From contig OX597815.1 of assembly GCA_951406725.2 (NCBI GenBank), positions 62,868,001 through 62,932,000 of the forward strand: DNA of 64,000 nt. Direction: 5' to 3'. Below the pieces are notes generated by a model. That model was not told the origin of the DNA. It searched no databases and saw only the letters and a program-made list of their open reading frames with translations. The stretch comes from Octopus vulgaris. Its lineage: Eukaryota. Position 1 is the stretch's first letter; each line of letters opens with the position of its first letter. This document shows, piece by piece, positions 1-14,258 of this stretch. Made by a program: the position numbers and the translations under genes.

Positions 1-9
1 GTTCGTTCA

Positions 10-1283
10 TTTTTTTTTTTTAAGTTAAATTAAAATACATGGGTAGTAATAATTCTCACATCGACAATGCTCTTCTCAATACGTGTGATGTACCAGTTAA
101 GACAATCTTTTGCACTTCTTGCAGGGATGGTAAGCCAGGGATCATTCTCATTTAATGTTCGGTACCCTTCTTGATCATTCCTAGTGCTCCTACGATCACT
201 GGTATTGTAACCACCTTGAGATGCCACATTTTCTCAATTTCAATGAATAGGTCTTTATATTTTCTGAGCTTGTCAAACTCTTTCGCTGAGATATTATGAT
301 CACAGGGGATGCTCATGTCGATCAATAAGCAAACTTTATTGTTTTGGTCTTTCACAACAATATCTGGTTTATTGGCCTTGATGGTTCGGTCTGTATGTAC
401 TGGAAAGTCCCACAGAATGGTTACATTTTCTCCTTCAGTTACAGCCTCAGGGTGGTGATTATACCACTTGTCGGCAGTTTTGATATATTAATGCCGACTT
501 ATTAGCCAGTGGAGATATTGGCCAACTCTGTCATGTCTTAATTTATACTCCACTGGTGCTAAGACTTTACATCCAGAGATTAGGTGGTCCACTGTTTCAA
601 TCATGTCGTTGCAGAATCGGCATTTTGGGTCTGCTCCATTTTTCATGACATTGGCCTGGTAGTTCCGGGTTAATAGGCTTTGATCTTGAGCAGCCAGGAT
701 GAAACCTTCGCTCTCTGCTTTTAGCCCTGAGCTCCGTAGCCACTGATGGGTTTGCTTCTGGTCAACATCAATTTGTTTGCTGCGGGCCACATATTTGCCG
801 TGCAGAGGTTTCTCCTCCCACCTATCCGCCAATTGCTCGTGCGCTTTTTTCGTTGCCATTATTTTCACCTTCTTTGCAACAATAGTTGCCATACTTCCCT
901 CGGGTTGTTCAGTTTGGGTATCCTGCACGAGATCAATAGCAAATTTTTTGCTTTCCTTTATGATAGAATGAAGCTTCTTTCGTCTCTTGTGATGTTCCAC
1001 GAGATTTAGCATCCAGTCATTCGTTATTTCAAGATATTTGGCCAGTCCAATTGTGGTTGTTTTGTAAGCTAGTTCAAACTGGATCAGGCCTCGACCTCCT
1101 TGGGCTCTGGGAAGGTAAATGCGATCTACGTCTGCCTTTGGGTGGTGCATCCTATTACAACTCAGCAGCTTGCGTATTTTCTTATCTATATTCTTTACTT
1201 CACTCATATTCCAGTTCAACACATTGTAGCTATAAGTAACAACTGGAACTGCTAAGGAATTTATAGCTAACACCTTGTTACGT
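10..1283 (-). mobile_element. 5'-truncated R4/Dong-type non-LTR retrotransposon (RT C-terminal region, CCHC knuckle, restriction-like endonuclease); pseudogenised
   Basis: One reading frame from ~1282 to 56 with two in-frame TAA stops (488, 152). It reads AINSLAVPVVTYS...HPKADVDRIYLPRAQGGRGL...CRFC..ETVDHLISGC...RHDRV...KPDIVVKD..CLLIDMSIP..KEFDKLRKY..IPVIVGALG. An A-rich tail lies at 10-21. Confidence 0.9.
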
Positions 1284-1286
1284 GCA

Positions 1287-1897
1287 TTTATTATTATTAT
1301 TATTATTCAGTAGTTTTATTTTTTATAGCGTGCTTTCACTTCACTACCGAGCACAGCTCTGTGTGCCTTGGGTATGTGCTGTGATTTGTTGTGATGCTCT
1401 GATGGTTATTGTATGGAAAGTGTTCTGCGTAGGATGTGTGCAGTGCCTAGTAGTGCAATTTTCTGTATGTTATATGTGTTTGTAAGTCCTGGTGTTTTTG
1501 TTATGTATTTGTCTGAATATTTTTTTATCATGCCTAATGCACCTACTATGATAGGAATTGTTTCTGTTTTCAGGTTCCACATTCTAGTTACCTCTATTTC
1601 CAGGTCTTTGTATTTTGAGAGTTTCTCCATTTCTTTTAGAGACACGTTGTCATCTGCCGGTATTGATACATCAATTAGAAAGCATTTTTTTCTTCATGAT
1701 CTCTGACAACTATATCTGGTCTGTTGGCCTTAATTTCTCTATCTGTGTGTATCGGCATATCCCAGAGTATGGTTGCTTTCTCGTTTTCTGTGACCTTTTC
1801 TGGTGTGTGCCTATACCATCTTTTTTCTGTTGTTATTCCATAATGTTGGCATAGCTTCCAATGTATGTAGGTTCCAACTCTGTCATGTCATGTCTGT
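1287..1897 (-). mobile_element. Second, shorter R4/Dong-type 3' fragment (RLE domain + 3'UTR) ending in (TAA)n
   Basis: Translates to RHD...RPDIVV...CFLIDVSIPADDNVSLKEMEKLSKYKDLEIEVTRMWNLKTETIPIIVGALG. Flanked on both sides by (TAA)n. Confidence 0.88.
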
Positions 1898-1898
1898 G

Positions 1899-1899
1899 A

Positions 1900-1988
<89 letters not shown>

Positions 1989-2032
1989 CATCATCATCAT
2001 CATCATTATCATCATCATCATCATCATCATCA

Positions 2033-2063
<31 letters not shown>

Positions 2064-2083
2064 CATCATCATTATTATTATTA
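1899..2083. repeat. (TTA)n/(TCA)n compound trinucleotide microsatellite
   Basis: Directly visible in the sequence. Confidence 0.95.
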
Positions 2084-2291
2084 ATCATTTTGTTCATCAT
2101 GTACAGGTATTCATCATTATTTTATTTATTTAATTAAATTAAAAATAAACATTGAAGATGATGTTTTTGACAACTCTGGAGTGTGTAGAACTTATTTTGT
2201 GCATGACTCTTGGCCCACCCTATATATGTTGGTGTTTACAGTCATAGATATGTGTACACAAACACACACACACACACACACGCACGCACGC

Positions 2292-2345
<54 letters not shown>

Positions 2346-2471
2346 AATCTTCCCCCATTCCAAGCTTGACCACTTCTTGTTAGATATGCTTTTTCCGAGC
2401 ATCAGTGCATTAGTCGATTTCGAGTCTCGAGAGCTGATTTAAACTTGCATTACAAACAAAGCAAATATGTC

Positions 2472-2770
2472 TCACAGTTTTCTTTGTTCTGCCTCATTTA
2501 AAATATATAAACGCCTTTTTAGACCAGTGTGCGACAAGAGATGTCTTATTACAAATAAAGTGCATATAAGTGTGTCTGCTGGGATGATCTTTGTGTCATT
2601 TGGGCCATCTGTATGAACCTGAGTCCTTGGACGTGAAGTTAAGCCAGCCTTAGAAAGGCAAATATTGCCACACGTTTGGCAACTGAAAGATGATACTATT
2701 TCAGTGCTTAGCAATCTTCCCGTAGTTTTCTTTTCATTTTTGCCTACTTTTATTTTGCTTCAAACTATTT
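2472..2770 (-). mobile_element. Decayed RTE-type LINE 3' fragment (C2H2-like C-terminus)
   Basis: CQTCGNICLSKAGLTSR resembles the CxxC...S..GL.SH motif at the end of RTE ORFs. Confidence 0.5.
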
Positions 2771-4111
2771 TCAAACTCCTCAAAACTGATTTTTTGCATG
2801 ACTATATACGATTTTAAATTACATTTAATATTTTAGGAAGTGTTGAATACCTAATTTAAAAATTCCAAATGTAAGCCTAATTTGACCTGCACAAGTCTAT
2901 GATCAATCCAAGATTCTACTTCTCTCATCACTCGTCCACTAAGAATGTATTTCTGATCAGCTGTGCCGACAAGGATATAGCCTATAAGGTATCAGCACTT
3001 AAACCTTGAATGCATCCAAGTAGCCTTATGCTTATTCTCTGTTTCAAAAAGGTGCTGGCTATTGAAAGATTGTACAAAATAAAAAGAGAACTGAAGCAGT
3101 ACGATTAAATTTTCCTAAACTGTGTTTCTTAAGGGTTGGCCATGTCTGAGAAGTTTTTCCGACTCGTGTATTAAAATCACTCTTAGTTATCAGATTATTA
3201 GTTTTCGGTATTAATTGCAATAAATTTCCGAGTTCACTATAGATTATAGGATATGTGACATAAATGGTACATATACACTTATGATGATGAGAAACGTGTT
3301 GTTCTTCAGTTCTATGCGATAAGATATTCTATATGGGTATTGTATAAGTGACGATACAATTGTGTTTTTTATCGCAAAATCTCCACCTGATTCATTACAC
3401 TTCCATTCAGGAGTCTTTTCCAAAAGAATAGATATCCGCTTCGTCTTCAGTAACACACACACGCGCACGCGCGCATAAATACAGTTCCTCGCGTCGATAA
3501 GTAACACACTACAATAACCAAAATGTACTCTGATGGAAATGAGCAAAACAGAGATTAAAAAATTAGGTACCTTTTGACATGTCACCTGAGGAAACACATC
3601 TGCACCAGCGATGCACAACAGTTGTTTTGTATAGCATCTTACCCGCGAGTATGCATATTGCAGTGAACGATTGCAGTGAATAGCAAAGAATCTCGTGAAT
3701 TCCATTGCCTTTCTCTCATACTTTATAAACTCTATGGACATGATGGAATTCCTGAAGTAAATTCCGTAGCATATACCGCTATAATGTTGTTGACATCAGG
3801 TAGTTAAATACTATGAACGGGCTTTAAACAGCAAACTATAAAGTATATACCTGAATATAAAATTATTTCTTATTAATATAAATATATACATTACTGTTTT
3901 GTTCTTTATAATGTTAAGATATAAGTTGGTGTTTTATTCTTCGGTCACTTTATATAAACATTTCCACTTTTCATATTTCTTCATTTCAGTGTAGCTAAAG
4001 TGAATATTTAGTGTCTAACTGATTGAAGAAGAATTCAGTCTCAAGGTAAACTGAATAGATATTACGCAGTTGTTGTTCATATCATGGCAAAAATTGTGTG
4101 TTGTAATAGAG

Positions 4112-4444
4112 CAGCAATGCAGAATCTGCGACTCGCGAAAGCATTTTGTTCGGCCCGCAAAACCATTTTGCAAAGGATTTCTTGTTTTAAAAAATAACTA
4201 AAAATTAACATAGCCAAATGCTTGTACCACAATCACACACTGAAACCACACATAGTATTTATTTATTAACTTTTATTATTATATTTAATTTTATTAGTTT
4301 CCTTCATGTCTTCATCAGCCCTTTCTATACTACTGTTTTTCTATGTTTCCTGATCATCCAAGTTATATGATAGAGTTTGCAGCCCGCCTTGAGTGATTAA
4401 ATTCACGATTTGGCCCTTTGGGCGAAAAAGCATATGCATCCCTG
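4112..4444. mobile_element. Degenerate hAT (Charlie-like) MITE
   Basis: CAG...CCCTG termini, subterminal GGCCC/GCCCGC motifs, and imperfect 8-bp flanks taaTAGAg / aatTAGAt. Confidence 0.5.
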
Positions 4445-5068
4445 AATTAGATGAGTTTAATCAGATAAACAGTGGTTGACATGAATAACATTATGAAAAT
4501 CACGTTTGATTCTGTCACAAGGCAGATTTTTTCAAATTGTATGAATTTATCTGCTCTTGTATATAAAAGCTGCACTGGCTTGGACATAAGGCATTTAAAC
4601 ATCTTGAAAGGATACATAGGTGATGAAAAAGAAATTTTCGAAGTTGAACACTCATTAATCTTGATTTTATATAAAGATGAAACCCCAAATATTTACTAAA
4701 CCATGTGTACTTGTGAAGATTTATAAAGGGAGACAATTCGCTATTCTCCCTCTCCATTCCCACTCTCTCTCCATTCCTTCTTCTCCATTCCTTTCTCCCT
4801 CTCTCTGTCCCTCATCCCTTTCTCTGTCCCTCTCTACATCTCATTTTGTTCTACGTTCCTGTATTAAGTGTTAAAAAATAGAATTCTATTCGATGCAGAT
4901 AAGATGTGATTTCCTTTGTCAACTTAGAAGTTTACGAACGTAAGATACGCTGTCAGTTCTGTTATCAGTGGAGACAGTAGGTACAGAAAAGCAATCGATA
5001 CTTGCATTAAAATTGAGGTTAAGAATAAGCAAAAAATATATGAAGATGAGGTATATATACATATATAT

Positions 5069-5136
<68 letters not shown>

Positions 5137-5446
5137 CATGCACACACACATATAAGGAAGGACGGAGAAAGACGTGTGTATATTTGTATGTGCATATATA
5201 AAAATACACACACACACATATATATATACTTGTTGTTCTCTTGATTCATACATTGGACTGCTTTGGCCATGATGCATGGCCACGACACTGAAGGGTTTAA
5301 TCAACCACACTAGACACAAGCAAGCATGGTAGTGTTGATTGTTTACTTCTTGAGAGCCTGGCGATAGAACAAACTCTATGCACACACACACATGCATGTA
5401 CACACATGCACACACACATGCATACACGCACATGCGCACACACGCC

Positions 5447-5492
<46 letters not shown>

Positions 5493-6166
5493 GACTTTAC
5501 AGATTTATTAATAAAGTATATTATATAGTATATAATATACTATAATATAATATGAGAGAGCGAGAGAGGAAAGAGGGGCAAACAGAGATACATATATATT
5601 TATATGTGTTCATATCTTGAAAGATTTTTTAATTCACTGAATAGACACTAGTACTTATTTTATAAGTCTGGTTCTTAACCTCTCCCCCAGTTTTACTGTA
5701 CTGCTATGTAACGGCAACATAAACAAACCAACATCAGTTGTCAAGCGGGGACGTGGGAACAAACATACAGACACATGTTTATGCACATGCACACATACAC
5801 ACACACAAACAAACACACACACATACACTCACACATATATATATAAGTTAAGGGTATTTGCCAACATATATATAGTGAATCATGCTCTTTTGATCTCAAT
5901 GTGTGATTGTTTAACAGTCAATAACTGTTGGGCTACGAACATACCAACACTTATGACTTGTTTCCGATGGTGAAGGGCATATGATGGACAAGCCACACAT
6001 TTTGGAAGTAATTGTTTGCCACAATCTTGGCGAACAAAATATCTTAGGCATATTTATTTCAGTTCATCATCTTCTGGATTAGCTAACTTTGCTATCGCTT
6101 AGAGTCTAACCCACCTTGATAGGCTAAATGGGTATCTGGGTACCAAACCAAAAAGCTACTTATACG

Positions 6167-6207
<41 letters not shown>

Positions 6208-6212
6208 GTCTG

Positions 6213-6252
<40 letters not shown>

Positions 6253-7794
6253 TACAAGCATACACATACACATAATGTCGCTCTGCAATAGTTCTTTTTT
6301 TTCATTCTATGGGTTGTCCAAAAACTATTCTATTCACCAGCAAGTTTGGTTGTGTTACCGCTTTACTCGCCGATGCCTCGACTCCAGGGCAATCAGATTT
6401 TTTTTCCATGAAGGAACCTGATCCATGCTAACTGTATGAGTTACCGTCTAATACACAGCACAATATATATTTTTTACTTCTTTTATATTATTTTTTGATA
6501 ATGGAAATTTTTTGAAGACGATTATGGTGTATGTGAATTGAGACGAATTTTCTACTATTTCTAGCTGATCAATTAGCCGTCATTTAGAGTCTCTCGCCGC
6601 GGTCAATCGGTGCTTGTGGTGACGCTAATGATGGCGGCAGCTGGTTTATACGGTAAAGACGCCATGTTTATGGTGTAACAGAATCCGTTAAATGTAACGA
6701 GTAAACCGACGACGGAGATGACGTTGATGAAGATGACAATGACGCCAACAAGTACGACGACAACGATGACGACAACGACGACGCTGACTATAATAATGAT
6801 GATACTAATAGCAATATAGACGACAAAGATGGTGGCGATGAAGAGGTCGACTGCCATAGCGATTTCGAGAAGGAGAAAATGAGAAAATTGCTTGTTTGGC
6901 GTCAGGAAGAAGTATGATTGTCCGCCTCTTCTAGACGTAAGAGAGGACATAGGAATGTAGGCTACAAACTGTGGTCCATCTGACTTCTATACTTACATAA
7001 AGTTAACGCGTCTGACACCGTGCTTTCAAGAGGTCACCAGATCAAACCCGGCTCTGCTAATGGGGAAATAACTGTGCACTTTATTATGTGGATGTTACGC
7101 ATCAGTCTAAATCAGACACACACACATACACTCACATATACACATACATACACATACATATACACATACACATACATGCACACAAACACACACAGAGATA
7201 TAAATATGTGTGTGTATGTGTATATGTAGGTATATGTATGTTTGCACACATATATGTATGCATATATGTCTGTATGCATGTATGTGTGTGAATGCATGTA
7301 TGTATTATGTTTGTATGTATATATGTACGTGTGTGTGAATGTATGTATATATGTGTTATTTATGTGATAAAGAGTCGGTGAGTGATTGAAAGAATGTATA
7401 CGCACAGGACATTTTGAATGGACGTGTATACTTGTGTGTGTCTGTGTGTCTGTGCTAATTATAGCTTTGCGCCCACTAAAAATTTACACACACACACACA
7501 CATGCACACACACGCACACATATATATATATCCATAATATGTATAATAGATATAATACATAAAATAGAAATATTATTATTTCTTGGGGCTGAACAACTGT
7601 AACAATCGTCCCTTCTAGGACAGCCACATACACTATATATATATATATATATGAGTGTATGTATATATATTATATATGCATGTATGTATATATACTATAT
7701 ATGTGTGTCTATGTATGTAAGTATGGATATAAGATTTTTTTACAGCGTACAAAACTATGATATAATATTTATAATATATAATATATATAACATA

Positions 7795-8737
7795 CAGTAC
7801 CGCACAAAAGTCTTTGGCCACTTTAAAATATTGTAAATTTCTACTAATTGCCAACTTCATAAGTGGATGTTTCGCGTTGCATTTTTTACCGATGAAGCAT
7901 TGGCCCTGTTAGAGTCCCTATATTCTGTAGTAAGGGTTCTGAATGAGAGGGGAAGATGCGAGACGACCACAAAATATAGCCGTGCAAACGTTTTCGGCCA
8001 CCTCACGTAAACCAATTAAGATACAGTATTTTAAAACAGAAAAATGTCTATAATGAAAATTTATTACATAATATTCATTTCAACAAGTTACTGTATATTG
8101 TTAATATTTCGTGTGGCTTCCCTTAGCTTGAATAATCGCTTCAATGCGCCTGGGGAAGGGATGCGTACAATTCCTTCACCATCTTTACAGGTATGAGATG
8201 CCATTCTCTGTGGCTGAGCTCCCACAACTCTTCAAGTTTGCGTGGATTCTTCTGACGAACTTCTCTTTAGTTCTGTCCACATTTGCTCGATGATATTTAA
8301 GTCAGGGCTCTGAGCTGGCCAATCTTTCAATACAGTAACACCTTCATCAGCCAAATTCTGTTGTTTTGCATGCAATCTGTGGCATGGAGCTCCGTCCTGC
8401 TGAAAAAGCTCACCTTCATCTAAGTCTGGTATCAAACTGCTATTCAGCAACTGGATGTATTTGGCACTATTCAAGTTACCGTCAATTTTAACCAACTTTC
8501 TTGAACCATCACTTTTTATGTATTCCCTAAGCATCAGATACTTAGCTCCAAACTTTCCTAGAGGCCTTCTGACAAATGTCCGCTTATTAGAAAGCGAAAC
8601 TACCCACGTTACACGACAAAAACAAGGCCAATGTTTCATCTATGAAAATCGCAATGCGAAACATAAATTTATAAAAGTTGGTAATTAGTAGAAATTTATA
8701 ATAGTTTAAATTGGCCGAAGACTTTTGCACGGTACTG
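7795..8737 (-). mobile_element. Internally deleted Tc1-family DNA transposon with long TIRs and TA TSD
   Basis: TIRs CAGTACCG(C/T)(A/G)CAAAAGTCTT(T/C)GGCCA... of ~120 bp at 7795-7912 and 8620-8737, with TA on both sides. Transposase remnant LNSAKYIQLL...FQQDGAPCH...DWPAQSPDLNIIEQMW (DD34E type). Confidence 0.92.
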
Positions 8738-8931
8738 TATATATAATATAAAGATGTTAGTCTCTCGTAGTCAAAGTGAGAGAGAGAGACTATCTTCTGC
8801 AATTTCTTTCAGAATAACCTGTACGTATGAAGTGTTTGTAGTGATAAAATGCATGTGTTATGCATGAACTCATTCCCTCACTATATATAATATATAATAT
8901 AGAATATATAATATACTATATATAACACATA

Positions 8932-9044
8932 CAGGCGAAGGTGTGGGAAGAAGTTTGCCTCCCAATTACATTGTCTCAGGTCGACCAAAGCTCTCAGAGT
9001 GGATTTGGTAGGCGAAACTGGAAGAAGCCCGTCGTATATATGTA

Positions 9045-9079
<35 letters not shown>

Positions 9080-9350
9080 ATGTGTGTGTGTGTGTGTGTG
9101 CGTGTGTGTGTATGTATATATAGACATACGTACATACATATATATCTATATGTGTGTGTGTGTTTGTACTCAACACCGCTTAACAACAGGCATTGTTCTC
9201 TTTACAACCCTGTGACTTTAATGTTTGGCAAAACTGAATAAGTACAAGGTTTAAAAAATAATTACTGGTGTTGATTTCTTCGACTAAACCTTTCAAGTCG
9301 GTGCCCCAGCGTGGCCGCAATCTAATGACTGAATCAAGTAAAAGACAAGA
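8932..9350 (+). mobile_element. tRNA-derived SINE, family A (degenerate, internal microsatellite)
   Basis: Shares gaccaaagc..gagtggatttggtag..gaaactg.aagaagcccgtcg and the 3' end gccccagcatggcc..tctaatgactgaa.caagtaaaa with copies at 14932 and 47205. Confidence 0.7.
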
Positions 9351-9642
9351 GATATAGCCCGACCTGCGCGCGCGCACACATGCACACACACGCACGCACA
9401 CATACACACAAACAGTAAAGTTATACTTGAAATCTATAATTCACAACGTTGGTTGCAGGGGATAGTTACGTACATTATATTAAAAGTTGACAACCTACTC
9501 TGAGATCCGCCTGGAGCGAGATTGGTCAGAACTGTCATAAAGAGTTTATCTGGGGGCGAAACTGAGACGAGATTGTCAACTATATACATGTGTGTGAATA
9601 TGTGTGTAGGGGAAAGAGAGTGTGTGTGTGGCTATGTCTATT

Positions 9643-9678
<36 letters not shown>

Positions 9679-9814
9679 CGTGTGTGTATAAACGTATATG
9701 TATATAAATCTCTACACACATACGCACATATATATACAGACGGACAGACATGTATATATGTATGTATGTATGTATGTACGAAGATACGTATTTGCAGGCA
9801 ATTATATACGTATG

Positions 9815-9848
<34 letters not shown>

Positions 9849-9928
9849 CATACACATATTTTATATATTCATATATACAGTGCGTGTGTGTGTCTATACT
9901 ATGCATATAAAGTGACCGAGTAACTTTT

Positions 9929-10545
<617 letters not shown>

Positions 10546-10779
10546 CTCACACTCACACATGTATAAATTGACAAAGTTCATTCCTGATGGTAAGAGACTT
10601 TTGTAGGAAAGGTAGTCATAGCTATCCTAGACTATTGTAATTTCTGTATATAATTTCTATGCATCTAATAAGCTGACCTGCCAACTTTTGGTATTTTTGA
10701 TTGAAGGAGACGTCTGAAATAGCACATTGAACGCATCCCGCCAAATCCTGCACCTCACAGCTAATTTGCAGAATGTAGT

Positions 10780-11800
10780 GAGGACGTGAAGATAATTTAG
10801 AAGCTTGTTACGCAATAAAGTTTCGAGCTAAACTGGGCAAAATGCTACAGAAACTTACGGATTAACTTGTGTGAGGCGAGCATCTATTTTTCGCTGGCAC
10901 AAGAGGTTCAAGAACGGTAGAAAAGAAACGAGAGACGATAAATGGTGTAAGAGGGTGAAGGACATCAAAACATCAAATGCGGTTGAGAAAATTCGCAATT
11001 TTTTGAATGAAGACCTAAGTATGTTTATAAAGACAATAAGCATAGTTTGGAGTTGGTGTGAGGATTTCAACATGCGCAAAATTTGTGCAAAGTTTGTTTT
11101 CAGCGTGTTTCAGGAAAGATACGCTGATGACAACAGGAATATTGCTGAGTTCATTACCTTCAATCCAAGAGTAATTGAGTCTTTGGTAACAAGTTATGAT
11201 AGCTGGATAAACTGTTATGATTCAGGGACCAAGAGATAGAGTGCCAAATGGAAGCATCCCAGCTTCCCCAGACCCACGAAGGCCAGATAAGACAAGTCTA
11301 CTGGAAAGCTCATGATGAACCCTTCTTTCGACAGTAAGAGTATCATATACATCACTCTGGCCCGACGGTCAACAAAGTGTACTTTATGGAGGTTTTGAGG
11401 GTGTTCAGGAAAAAATTTCACCACACAAGGCTAGTGCTCTTCCATTCAGATCAGTAGTCCCTGCACCAGGATGATGATGTACTAGTTCATAATTCCATCC
11501 TGAGATGGGCATCAAAAGTGTCCCCATCTCTCAAGAGTCCAGGTCTTACTCACAGTGACTTTCCATTGTCTCCACATTGAAGGAGAACCTCAGGGGCACT
11601 CGTTTTGAAGACATTGTGATAACGGAGGCTGTAACAAAGCTCCTGGACACTTTCACTTGAGAGGACTTACATGGAGCCTTCAGGAAGTAACTGGATTGCT
11701 ACAATGAGTGCACTGAAGTCAGAGGGTTCTACTTAGGAGATTAGAGTTTTGTGCTTATTTTCAATTAATAATTGTCTCCCCTGAAAATCACCAAATTCCT
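10780..11800 (+). mobile_element. Decayed mariner-family transposase remnant
   Basis: RASIFRWHKRFKNGRKETRDD (HTH region), MRKICAKFV, VTSYDSWINCYD (first D, YDP-like), W.HPSFPRP and a decayed SPDL-like region; many stops and frameshifts. Confidence 0.8.
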
Positions 11801-11899
11801 GGAATGTATGTATGTATGTATGTATGTATGTATGTATGTATGTATGTATGTATGTATGTATGTATGTATGTATGTATGTACGTATGTTATGTATGTATG

Positions 11900-11931
<32 letters not shown>

Positions 11932-12702
11932 TGTATGTGCGTATGTATGTATGTATGTATGTATGTGCGTATGTATGTACATACACAAACATGCAAACAG
12001 TCACACACAAAAAACAAATACACATGCACACACACACACATACACACACACACACACACATACGACAGTATCTAATTCCATGTAAACGATGTTTTAAGTA
12101 ACTAACTCCTTATATTTAGATACTAATTTCTAGTTTTTACAGAAAGATACCTCCGACTATTCGCTACACAATATATATATTTCATAAATATAACTATCAT
12201 ACAGCTACTTTTGTCTAAACACTGATCAAATGTAGTACCACGGTTGGACGGGGTCTATAACAATGACTTTCAACCATTTCTAAAACCATTCTAATCAAGC
12301 TGTGAAATGGTGGCCCATCGTTATACCTGGCCTTATGTGCAAAATTATGTCTCATATAATGTAGTTCTATCGTATATTAGTTCTATCATAATCTAACTCA
12401 ATCCCATCTTCTATAAACAAGGTTTCCATATATTATTGTACGTTACTGTACTCTGTCTTCCTAACACTAACTGTTCTGAACTAAATTTTGATTACTTGCA
12501 TGTTTCCATTCGCCACACGTTTTGCTGCTATCAGGAGATCTTTGCTGCTAGCCTTAAAACCATATCTTTGGAGCCAATATTGTAATATTTGTTTGTATGT
12601 TTCCTCTTTATACCTTTATATACTACTGGCTCTACAGAAAGTTTTACGCCATCATTAAAAAATAAAAGATGTTTATCCAGTTAGTTTATTTTCCTTCCAG
12701 CT

Positions 12703-12770
<68 letters not shown>

Positions 12771-13164
12771 TAAATATGTGTCCCCTTTCAAAAACGAATT
12801 CTTCTAAATCAGGGTCTTTGTTGCTTTACCAATCTCTTTCAAAACAGTGAACAAGTTTTATGCTTCTTTCGTTCTCATAATTATTTGTACTTCTATTCTT
12901 TCACCAATATACTTAGTGCGCACTAAGTAGGACGAAGGGCTAAAGAGGGATCTTGTTGAAATGGTCTTATAACCTCACCTTGTAATAATAACTAGTTACA
13001 CACTTCGAACTGTGACGTCCTGCATTTCAAATGCTGTTGTTGAATTTCTTAATTTTCCCAATAATCCTATTATTTTCTTGAATCCCACCCAACTAATTTA
13101 GTTAATAAACTTATCACTAGTACTGTCTCTGCCTTCAAACCTAATTCATTTATTCTGCACACAC

Positions 13165-13228
<64 letters not shown>

Positions 13229-13241
13229 CACACACCCACAC

Positions 13242-13364
13242 AATTCTTTAACAAGAATAATATTGAAAGTGATTCCGAAGTTTTGTCCGGCTATGCCATC
13301 ATTCGATGATAGCTTAGCTGGTCGAAACGTCGAAGCACTGTCAATACTATTCTTGTAAATGATT
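13242..13364. repeat. Short fold-back whose arms meet inside a truncated hammerhead-like motif
   Basis: The left arm acaagaataatattgaaagtgattccgaagttttgtccggctatgccatc is the imperfect reverse complement of the right arm. The right arm reads GATGA-tagc..ggtc-GAAACGTC. Confidence 0.65.
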
Positions 13365-13439
13365 TATAAATTAGCACTTATAAAATACATTGATTAATAC
13401 TTCAGTTGAATGAAAATCGATTTTACTTTTTGTTATAAC

Positions 13440-13838
13440 TTAAATTTTCAGCCGAGGTTGACTTTGTTTTTCATCCCTTCGTGGTCGATAAAATAAGTGC
13501 CAGGTGAGCATTGGGGTCGGCATATCTCATCAGCAGCCCTCCACCCCCACCAAAAAAATTGCAAGCACTTTTGCCGATAATAGAAATAATTATAACTTAG
13601 CATAAAAACAAGCATTTATGTATATGTATATGAATTTCAAATTTTGGCGAGAGGCTACCAAGTTCGTGGTAGGCGGCGAGTCGATTACATCGACACCAGT
13701 ACACAACTGGTACTTATTCATCGATGCCAAAAGAATGAACGGTAAAATCGACCTCGGGGAAATTTGAACACAGAACATAAAGACAGACAAAAGGCTGCTA
13801 AGCATTTCGCTCGGTTTACTAACGACTCTGTCAGCTCC
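13440..13838. mobile_element. Two tail-to-tail copies of SINE family B (13440-13590 +, 13635-13838 -)
   Basis: Diagnostic body ccgaggtcgactttgcctttcatcctttcggggtcgataaa...agtaccag, repeated many times in the window. Confidence 0.75.
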
Positions 13839-13860
13839 ATTGTACATACGTGTATGTATG

Positions 13861-13910
<50 letters not shown>

Positions 13911-14024
13911 TTCAGTTGAATATGGTACTTAAGTTAAAGGCACCAGAATTTGGCATGGTACTATTCATATAATTCAAAATGGGGTGATTATAACCAAAAT
14001 TAGCAAAAAGGATATCCAAAGGTA

Positions 14025-14112
14025 ATGCAGTACGATCGTTTCATGCGGCTTCATTTAATTAAACAATGCAAGTATTACATCAGTTAAAATGTAGAGCAAT
14101 CTTCAGCTGCAT
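14025..14112 (-). ncRNA. Type I hammerhead ribozyme motif
   Basis: atgcag-CTGAAGA-ttgc...gcat-GAAAC-gatc-GTA-ctgcat; 6-bp stem I and palindromic ACGATCGT stem III. Confidence 0.75.
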
Positions 14113-14172
14113 ATAAATATAGAATTTAGTTAAAAATGAATCTTTTCAATCTAACTAAAATTCTATATTTAT

Positions 14173-14258
14173 ATGCAGCTGAAGATTGCTCTACATTTTA
14201 AATCTCATGTAATACTTGCATTGTTTAAATGAAGTCGCATGAAACGATCGTACTGCAT
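14173..14258 (+). ncRNA. Type I hammerhead ribozyme motif
   Basis: atgcag(14173)-CTGAAGA(14179)-ttgc...gcat-GAAAC(14241)-gatc-GTA(14250-52)-ctgcat. Confidence 0.75.

Noticed and set aside
2990-3760. Possible minus-strand exons (165-aa ORF 3244-3741; a short AG...GT-bounded segment near 3018-3060)
   Set aside because: No recognisable protein motif, and the candidate splice phases are not compatible.
4295-4325. Minus-strand CTGATGA...GAAAC
   Set aside because: No stem I or stem II pairing and no GUH; it lies in a hAT MITE and is probably chance.
5952-6080. Minus-strand CAGAAGA-tgatg...catcg-GAAAC-aa-GTC
   Set aside because: The core is mutated and stem I is unconvincing. It may be a fossil hammerhead but cannot be supported.
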